DNA of 48,221 nt from Candidatus Woesebacteria bacterium (GTDB lineage Bacteria > Patescibacteriota > Microgenomatia > UBA1400 > UBA1396), in NCBI GenBank assembly GCA_021208605.1, contig JAJOJK010000007.1, positions 1 to 48,221 of the forward strand, read 5' to 3'. The notes under the pieces are model-generated. The model saw nothing but the letters and a program-made list of their open reading frames with translations. It ran no database searches and was not told where the DNA came from. This document shows positions 25,543 through 32,178 of this stretch, in pieces (within the stretch, counting starts at the first letter, position 1; each line of letters starts with the position of its first letter). The position numbers and the translations under genes are program-made.

Positions 25543-26564
25543 ATGAAAGTAGTTGGTCTCGATATCGGTTCGTATGCTATCAAAGCGGTAGTGGGAAAAC
25601 CGCAAAAAAATGGCGCCGAAATCCTGCAAGCGGTAGAGGTGCCGAATCCTATTGGCGCCATTTATCCGGATAATCCGCAGAAGCGTCAGCAGCTGATCGA
25701 TACACTGGTCAAGATGTTTACGGACTACAAGTTACCGCAAACCAATGTGCGGGTGGCTTTGGCTGAGCAAATGGTTTCCACCAAACTTGTCACCATGCCG
25801 CTGCTTTCAGAAGCTGAATTGGCTTCAGCAATTCAGTGGCAAGTTGAGCAGCACATTCCCATTCCTCTGGAAGAAATGGAGTATGAGTACGCCGTTTTGC
25901 GCCGGAGTGGCAAAGATGATCCGACTCAGAATATGGATGTTCTCATGATCGGTGTCAAAAAACAGTTTGTGAATGATTTCGCTGATTTGCTTTTGGAGGC
26001 AAACCTCGACGTGATCGATATGGAGACCGACACGTTGCTCAGTTACGTGTTCTCCAATTTTTATCGCCCAGTGAAGAAAACGTGGCCTTGTTTCATATTG
26101 GCGCTTCTTCTTCTGTTATTGCGTTGATTGGCAAAGGTCGGGTGCAGTTTGTCCACGCCGTGCCTATGGCGGGTATTCTTTTTTCTCGGGCAATTGAACG
26201 AGGTGTTGGTCTCGACGCGATGCGTGCCGAAGAATACAAGCGGACGTACGGTTTATTGGCTTCCCAGCTCGAAGGTCGCGTACGGAATGCGCTGGTGCCA
26301 GTGATCGATTCTCTAGTAACCGAAATTCAGAAAGCACTGCGTTTCTTCAGTGGCCAAAACGCGGGAGAAACGATCCAGCGAATTTTTGTAACCGGCGGTT
26401 CTCTCTATTTACCAGACTTACTTCCCTATTTATCCCAAGCCGTATCGGTAGAAATGGTGCCGGTAGAACTGAATCGTATCGAGCAGTTGAAATGGAGTGA
26501 GCCAGTCCAACAAGATAGCCGCTTTATCATTGCGACCGGATTAGCCATGAAGAGTGAAAAATAA
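25543..26564 (+). CDS. pilM: Type IV pilus assembly protein PilM (actin-like ATPase fold), frameshifted at a T5 run
   Basis: The N-terminal part (MKVVGLDIGSYAIKAVV...DVIDMETDTLLSYVFSNF) and the C-terminal part (...SPSEENVALFHIGASSSVIALIGKG...FVTGGSLYLPDL) are in frames 1 and 0. Both frames are open across TTTTT 26058-26062, and together they give a ~340-aa PilM. Confidence 0.8.
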
Positions 26565-26591
26565 AGGCCGTGGCCGCCAGGAAAAACAAGC

Positions 26592-27152
26592 ATGCTGATT
26601 ACGAATGAAATCAACTTTATGCGGCGCCAGCGGCGGCAGTTGGCTCGTCTGCAGGCGCTGGATCAGCAAATTTTGTATGTTGCGATTGCAGTATTTGTTA
26701 TAGCAGCTCTCACTACTGCGGCAGCTGGCGGATACTGGTACTGGACGCGTCAACAGTTGGCACTTCTGGAAGATCGAATTACGCAACAGGAGCGAGTCAT
26801 TCAAGGTTCTGCCGCCGAAGAGGCTGAGTATATTCTCTACACGACCCGGCTCGGCTCTATCGCTTCCATTTTGGAAGATCGCAATCCCAAGAAAGAAGCG
26901 CTTGATTTCTTGTCGGAACTTCTGGTGCCGAGTATTGCTTTCGATGCTGTCAATTATGATACACAAGAGCGCCGTCTTACCTTTCGCGTGGAGGCCCAGG
27001 ATGTGTTTTCGGTGGAAATATTTTTAGACAAACTCCGTGAACCAGAAATGAATGAAAAAATTGCCAATATTCAGTTGAGCGGTATCCAGCGCGACGAAGT
27101 GGGTCGCTATGTTATGAACGTCACTATTGTGCTCAAGGAAAGCGAAGAATAG
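26592..27152 (+). CDS. pilN: PilN-like bitopic pilus assembly protein
   Basis: 186 aa with a single TM segment (ILYVAIAVFVIAALTTAAAGGYWYW) followed by a coiled coil, immediately after pilM. Confidence 0.6.
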   Translation: MLITNEINFMRRQRRQLARLQALDQQILYVAIAVFVIAALTTAAAGGYWYWTRQQLALLEDRITQQERVIQGSAAEEAEYILYTTRLGSIASILEDRNPKKEALDFLSELLVPSIAFDAVNYDTQERRLTFRVEAQDVFSVEIFLDKLREPEMNEKIANIQLSGIQRDEVGRYVMNVTIVLKESEE

Positions 27153-27158
27153 GTTCGT

Positions 27159-27950
27159 ATGGCAATGGAAAATGTCGACATCGAGAAAAAGGCCAATGAG
27201 TGGTGGCTCCAGCGCCGCCAGCTCGTTATTGCGGTCGGTTTGTTTCTTGGGGCGGGACTGCTCTTAGCTGTAGGCGCGTATCAGTTTTGGCAGATAGCGA
27301 GCCAGGTTCAGATTAGCATTACTCAAAAGGAAGAAGAACTCAGTAAGGCGGAACAACGTGCGACGCTCCTGAACACCATCTCTCCCGATGACCGTACAGG
27401 GTATGTTTTAGTCGAGCAAGCCTTGCCTCGCTTCAAAGAGCCATTACAGGTGTTGCGGACTCTGGAAGCTATCTCACAAGAAACACAAGTTGCTCTTGGT
27501 GAGTATGATCTCAACCCAGGGGTCGTGTCGACGGAGTCGGCTCAACAATCGGGTTCAAGTCGGAGTCGTTCCAGTGGCTCACGTACGCAGTCACTGATAA
27601 TTGAAATAGAGGTGACAGGATCCTTTTCCCAGATTACGAACGCCATCAACAGTATTGAAGAAAGCCTCCCGCTGATGGAAATTACAGATATGCGAATTGC
27701 TCCGTCGCGACGTGGCAGTATCGGTGATCTGGCGGGAGTGCAGTACACCGCGACGCTGCAGCTCGTTAGCTACTATGCCGATATTCCCGCCCAAGTCGCT
27801 CGTGGTGGTGCCCAGCAGATTTCTCCTAGTGAACGACGTGCTCGTGGTGAGATCCAGGAAATGGAGTACTGGCTTGAAGGGGCAAGTGGAGCGTCGAGCC
27901 AGCAGGATTCCACCGGCAGCGGTAATACGGATATCTTCCAGCTCAACTAA
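27159..27950 (+). CDS. pilO: PilO-like bitopic pilus assembly protein
   Basis: 263 aa with a TM segment, a coiled coil and a C-terminal domain. The call rests mainly on its position after pilN. Confidence 0.5.
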   Translation: MAMENVDIEKKANEWWLQRRQLVIAVGLFLGAGLLLAVGAYQFWQIASQVQISITQKEEELSKAEQRATLLNTISPDDRTGYVLVEQALPRFKEPLQVLRTLEAISQETQVALGEYDLNPGVVSTESAQQSGSSRSRSSGSRTQSLIIEIEVTGSFSQITNAINSIEESLPLMEITDMRIAPSRRGSIGDLAGVQYTATLQLVSYYADIPAQVARGGAQQISPSERRARGEIQEMEYWLEGASGASSQQDSTGSGNTDIFQLN

Positions 27951-27995
27951 CTGAGCGAAATTATCAAAGTAAAATGAAACGTTACAGAAGGGAAA

Positions 27996-28250
27996 TTACT
28001 CTTCGTCGATTTCGTCATCATCGCTGATGATATCAACGCGAACACCCTTGTCTTCCTTCATGGCGCGGACGCGAGCCAAAGTGCGGATAGCGTCAATAGT
28101 GCGACCACGGCGGCCAATAACTTGACCACGGTCATCAGGGTGAACTTCAATAGTGTACTGCCACAATCCGTCGAACTCTTCTTCGGTGACGACAACGTCT
28201 TCAGGGTGTTCTACGAGGTGTAAAACGAGAAACTCGATCAGATTACGCAT
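27996..28250 (-). CDS. khpA: KH-domain RNA-binding protein (YlqC/KhpA family)
   Basis: 84 aa with the GxxG loop in VIGRRGRTIDAIRTL. It follows rpsP, matching the conserved synteny. Confidence 0.85.
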   Translation of the reverse strand: MRNLIEFLVLHLVEHPEDVVVTEEEFDGLWQYTIEVHPDDRGQVIGRRGRTIDAIRTLARVRAMKEDKGVRVDIISDDDEIDEE

Positions 28251-28253
28251 GGC

Positions 28254-28493
28254 TTACTTCTTTGCTGAGAATTTTTTGAAAAGGTTGGCAACGGTATCGG
28301 TAGGTTGGGCACCTTTTTGGATCCAGCTCTGGTACTTATCAACTTCGAAAGACAAAATTTTGTCTCCGAGTGGATTATAGAACCCGACCTGTTCCACGTA
28401 TTTACCGTCTCGTTTGCTTCGTTTTTCGGTCACAACGATACGATACTGTGGTTGGTGCTTTTTACCAATTCGTGTAAGCTTGATTCGCAACAT
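28254..28493 (-). CDS. rpsP: 30S ribosomal protein S16
   Basis: MLRIKLTRIGKKHQPQYRIVVTEKRSKRDGKYVEQVGFYNP is typical of bS16. Confidence 0.95.
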   Translation of the reverse strand: MLRIKLTRIGKKHQPQYRIVVTEKRSKRDGKYVEQVGFYNPLGDKILSFEVDKYQSWIQKGAQPTDTVANLFKKFSAKK

Positions 28494-28502
28494 AGAGATG
28501 TA

Positions 28503-29195
28503 TTATATCAGGTTTTCTTCGAGTGCAAAGGCTTGCTTCAGGGCTTCGGCCGCAGCAGCTTGTTCGGCTTTTTGTTTACTGGCCCCTTTTCCGGTGAAGG
28601 GCTCATATCCAGGGAGTACGACAGCAGCCGTGAAAATTTTGTCGTGGTCTGGGCCGGATTCTTCAACAATTTCGTATTGTGGAGCTTCCCCACCCAGGGC
28701 TTGTACCTTTTCTTGGAGCAAAGTTTTGGCATCTTTGGCATCGACCGTAGTAATAAACTCTGGTAAATGCGGTAAAAGATATTTGTGAATAAAGGCTTCA
28801 GCGGCAGCATAGCCTTTATCTCGGTGAATAGCGCCAATGACTGCTTCGCAAGTGTCGGCTAAAATGGAGTCGGACAAATCCTCAGCTGGAATAGGTTCCA
28901 TGGTACCCAGGTGTAAGTGTTCACCAAGTTGTAGATCACGGGCCACGGTGGCCAATGACTCGGTTCGTACCAAGGAAGCGCGGTAGCGAGTGAGTGTCCC
29001 TTCATCGAGTTTAGGATACTTCGCAATTAAAAATTCTGAGATAACAAGTTCTAGAACTGCATCGCCTAAGAACTCTAAGCGTTCGTTGGTTTCGTGACGG
29101 GCCACTGATTGGGCACGGAGCGAACGGTGCGTAAAAGCCCGATTCCGTAAAGACTCAGAGAGATCGGCAAGTTCGGGAGGAAATGGTGCTGACAT
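28503..29195 (-). CDS. rnc: Ribonuclease III
   Basis: RNase III signature ERLEFLGDAVLEL plus a C-terminal dsRBD (GPDHDKIFTAAV...GKGASKQKAEQAAA). Confidence 0.93.
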   Translation of the reverse strand: MSAPFPPELADLSESLRNRAFTHRSLRAQSVARHETNERLEFLGDAVLELVISEFLIAKYPKLDEGTLTRYRASLVRTESLATVARDLQLGEHLHLGTMEPIPAEDLSDSILADTCEAVIGAIHRDKGYAAAEAFIHKYLLPHLPEFITTVDAKDAKTLLQEKVQALGGEAPQYEIVEESGPDHDKIFTAAVVLPGYEPFTGKGASKQKAEQAAAAEALKQAFALEENLI

Positions 29196-29207
29196 GACGC
29201 AAGTATA

Positions 29208-29477
29208 TTATTCTAAGAGCGCATCTTCCACCGTATTTACGATGTCGCGCACAGTGCTGATATCACCAGACACGAGAGCTCGGGAGAAGCGAGGCGTTTG
29301 CAGCTCAATATCAAAAGTGGTGTTTAAGCCGTGAACAAATTTGCCCAAGGACTCAACGTCGCTTTTGACATCAATATCTTCCATGAGATCGCTTTCTGGA
29401 GTAAGTTCGTCTGGATCAACGCCATAGGTTTCGCCTAAGAGTTGAGTTACTTCTTGGTAAAGAGGATTATTTTCCAT
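29208..29477 (-). CDS. Acyl-carrier-protein-like small acidic protein
   Basis: 89 aa. My by-eye alignment to ACP places the Ser of EDIDVKSDVESL at the phosphopantetheine-Ser position (E. coli EDLGADSLDTVEL). The gene lies upstream of rnc, as acpP/acpA does in many Firmicutes. Confidence 0.45.
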   Translation of the reverse strand: MENNPLYQEVTQLLGETYGVDPDELTPESDLMEDIDVKSDVESLGKFVHGLNTTFDIELQTPRFSRALVSGDISTVRDIVNTVEDALLE

Positions 29478-29868
29478 CGGAGTCCTTTCTGCGGTCGTCT
29501 ACCACGTTGCCGAGAACTCCGTGAACAAAGCTGGCAGTTTCTTCGCTCCCGTATTCCTTTGAAATTTCCACTGCTTCATCAATGACGACTGCCGGAGGAG
29601 TTTCGGTATACACTAATTCATACAAGGCTTGCCGCAGAATTGCAAGATCAATTTTATTGAAGGTCTCAATGTCGTGCTTGGGAGCGTACTTAAGAATGAG
29701 TTCATCAAATTCTGAAATATGGGCAATTATTTGTTCGATATCGGCGAATTGACCGTTGGTTAACTCGCTCACTTCGCCAAAAGAGTTCTCATGGTAAAAC
29801 TGCCAAGAGAAGGTTTGCTCGATGCGATGAATCCGTTTTTGATGACGTGAATCTTGGGCAGTGGACAT
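29467..29868 (-). CDS. nusB: Transcription antitermination factor NusB
   Basis: 133 aa. LAILRQALYELVY...VVIDEAVEISKEYGSEETASFVHGVLG is typical of NusB. Confidence 0.85.
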   Translation of the reverse strand: MSTAQDSRHQKRIHRIEQTFSWQFYHENSFGEVSELTNGQFADIEQIIAHISEFDELILKYAPKHDIETFNKIDLAILRQALYELVYTETPPAVVIDEAVEISKEYGSEETASFVHGVLGNVVDDRRKDSDGK

Positions 29869-29885
29869 ACCGGGACAGGTGGAGG

Positions 29886-30044
29886 TTACTTCGTATCAGA
29901 AGAAGCGGAACGAAGATCCTTTTTCTTTTCGCGACGTTGACGACTGGTAACAGCCACACCACGACCCTTTAATTGTACGGTTTTGTCTTGACGACGACGG
30001 CCTTTACGACCAGTAGAAATGCGACGTTTTGGTAATGCACCCAT
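29886..30044 (-). CDS. rpmF: 50S ribosomal protein L32 (below the ORF-track size cutoff)
   Basis: My own translation gives MGALPKRRISTGRKGRRRQDKTVQLKGRGVAVTSRQRREKKKDLRSASSDTK*. The bL32 hallmark is M-x-x-PKRR-x-S. AAGGAA lies 5 nt upstream of the ATG. Confidence 0.85.
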   Translation of the reverse strand: MGALPKRRISTGRKGRRRQDKTVQLKGRGVAVTSRQRREKKKDLRSASSDTK

Positions 30045-30111
30045 GATGTTCCTTTTTTCGTGTTCTGCGATTCATATTCTCCTCAGAAACAATCTGATTT
30101 GAATAGAACAG

Positions 30112-30120
30112 GCATTATAT
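30112..30120 (-). promoter_or_regulatory. Extended -10 (TGaTATAAT) upstream of rpmF
   Basis: The minus strand reads gcaTGaTATAATgcc, about 67 nt upstream of the rpmF ATG. Confidence 0.4.
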
Positions 30121-30150
30121 CATGCACCACGATAAAAAAACGAGTGCTCT

Positions 30151-32097
30151 TTATACCTGCTTCTCTCGAGTATACAACCTTTTGACTAATTCGATCAGTG
30201 GCAAATCCATCCAGGTGGCCACACGGAGGCCATCCCAGCCAGTTTGCCTGGTACCCAAGAACTCTCCTGCACCGCGATTCTGCAAGTCGAGCTCGGCGAG
30301 TTCATGGCCGTTGGTTGTCGATTCAAGGAGTCGGAGGCGTTGCGCTGTCTTTCCAGGTGAAGGAACCAGGAAACACCAACCAGATTGACCACTGCGCCCC
30401 ACTCGGCCTCGCAGCTGATGCAGTTGCGCAAATCCAAACCTTTCAGCACTCAAAATAGTAATAATGCTGGCTTCAGGTATGTCGATGCCTACCTCAATAA
30501 CTGGCGTGGCGACAAGAATAGCCAACTCTTTTTTGCGCATGGCTTCGAGCAACGCTTGTTTTTCTGCCGCTGGGGTGCGACCCGTCACTAAGCCGATGCG
30601 AAAGTGTGGGAAGAGTTGCGTCACTCGTTTATAGAGTGTGGTGGCGTCATAGACATCCGCAAATGCTTCTGTTTCCGATGGTTCAATCAGCGGGGCGATC
30701 AGGAATGCTTGCGTACTCTCCTCTACTATCTTGGTAGCCAGCCACTGCAAGTGGGCATCCAGCTTCGTGGGGGAAAAGACTCTTGTGGTAATATCTCGTT
30801 CCTTGCCTGGAATTGGTTCGAGGAAAGAGACCGCTTGATTCCCATACAGCACGTGCGCAAGCGTACGGGGGATTGGGGTGGCGGTCATGGTGATGAGGTG
30901 TGGCGGGTGGTTCTCGTCCCATATATATTCGCGTTGGCCGACACCGAAACGGTGTTCCTCGTCCACGACGATTAAATCAGGAGAAAAAGAATCCGTATGG
31001 TGCAGTAGGGAATGCGTGCCGATCAATACGCGCGCTTCGGACGAGCCTTTCGAAGCGGCTGTCCAGGGCGCGATCTCAATGCCGAGTTTTTCTGCCATGG
31101 GTCGGAGATTCTGGAGATGTTGTTCGGCCAGCACTGTGGTGGGAACCAAATAGAGACTTTGTCCACCCACGCTCGCCTGTAAAAACAAGGCGTAGGCGGC
31201 AACAAGTGTTTTTCCACTCCCTACTTCTCCCTGAATAAACTGGCGCAGTGGTCGATTCAGCACAAATTGTTCCTGTAAAGATTCGATCGCTGACTGTTGC
31301 GACGGAGTTAACGGGAATGGCGCGTTCTCAATAAAAGCGTTGGTGAAGTTCTCAACATGCTCTGGAGTCACTGGCTTTCTGGCTTCGAGTGCATGTCGGG
31401 CCTCTCGCTCCGTGTCGAGAGCCGCAAAGATGGTCCAGAGTTCATCAAAGGCAATGCGGCGCCGGGCTTGCTCGGCCTCTTCTACTGACTCGGGCGTATG
31501 AATGCGTTGCCATGACTGCGGGCGTGACGCCAACTCACCTTCAGCGCGAGCGGTTTCAGAAAGGTACTCCGCCGGCAGCAGTTCAGTTCTGCGGACAATT
31601 TCTGGCATGACACGTCGCAGCCAGACTGAAGAAATTGATTTATGCTGCGAATACAGTGGGAGAACGCGACCCGTATGTACTCGGTTGACTCGATCCAGAG
31701 GTTCGTAGTTTGGGTTGGTGAGATTTTTTTTGCCGTGGTACTCGCCGACTTTCCCGGTAAAGGCATACCATTCGTCGGACTTGAGTTGTTTGCTCACGTA
31801 GGGCTGGTGAAAAAAAGTCAGGTCGAGTTCGTCGCCGTTGCTGTCGACTACCACAACTTGAGTCATAGGAACACGACTGCGCGTGCGAAAGCTGCGTACC
31901 GACACTACTTGGGCTTCAAGCGTCACTAATTCACCGACTATTAGGTCAGCTACCGGTGTGACCTGACTCGCGTCTTCATATCGGAACGGAATATGCTGCA
32001 ACAAATCCTGGACAGTATAGATTTCCATTTCGGCGAGTTCGGCGGCCTTTTTCGGGCCAATACCAGAAACGGTTTCGACTGAGTCACTCAATTGCAT
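30151..32097 (-). CDS. recG: ATP-dependent DNA helicase RecG
   Basis: 648 aa with a wedge/OB N-terminal domain, helicase motif I GEVGSGKT, DEEH, and a C-terminal TRG-like region. Confidence 0.92.
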   Translation of the reverse strand: MQLSDSVETVSGIGPKKAAELAEMEIYTVQDLLQHIPFRYEDASQVTPVADLIVGELVTLEAQVVSVRSFRTRSRVPMTQVVVVDSNGDELDLTFFHQPYVSKQLKSDEWYAFTGKVGEYHGKKNLTNPNYEPLDRVNRVHTGRVLPLYSQHKSISSVWLRRVMPEIVRRTELLPAEYLSETARAEGELASRPQSWQRIHTPESVEEAEQARRRIAFDELWTIFAALDTEREARHALEARKPVTPEHVENFTNAFIENAPFPLTPSQQSAIESLQEQFVLNRPLRQFIQGEVGSGKTLVAAYALFLQASVGGQSLYLVPTTVLAEQHLQNLRPMAEKLGIEIAPWTAASKGSSEARVLIGTHSLLHHTDSFSPDLIVVDEEHRFGVGQREYIWDENHPPHLITMTATPIPRTLAHVLYGNQAVSFLEPIPGKERDITTRVFSPTKLDAHLQWLATKIVEESTQAFLIAPLIEPSETEAFADVYDATTLYKRVTQLFPHFRIGLVTGRTPAAEKQALLEAMRKKELAILVATPVIEVGIDIPEASIITILSAERFGFAQLHQLRGRVGRSGQSGWCFLVPSPGKTAQRLRLLESTTNGHELAELDLQNRGAGEFLGTRQTGWDGLRVATWMDLPLIELVKRLYTREKQV

Positions 32098-32178
32098 ATG
32101 CCAATACTACCCTGTTTCTGTCTGGGAATAAACCGTACGTCTGTCGCATTTGCGTGGACTCCTGTATACTCATCGTGT

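Noticed and set aside
32092-32178. First 29 codons of the PBP track ORF
   Set aside because: This part overlaps the recG start on the other strand and the recG -10 element. The ATG at 32179 has its own TATACT 8 nt upstream.
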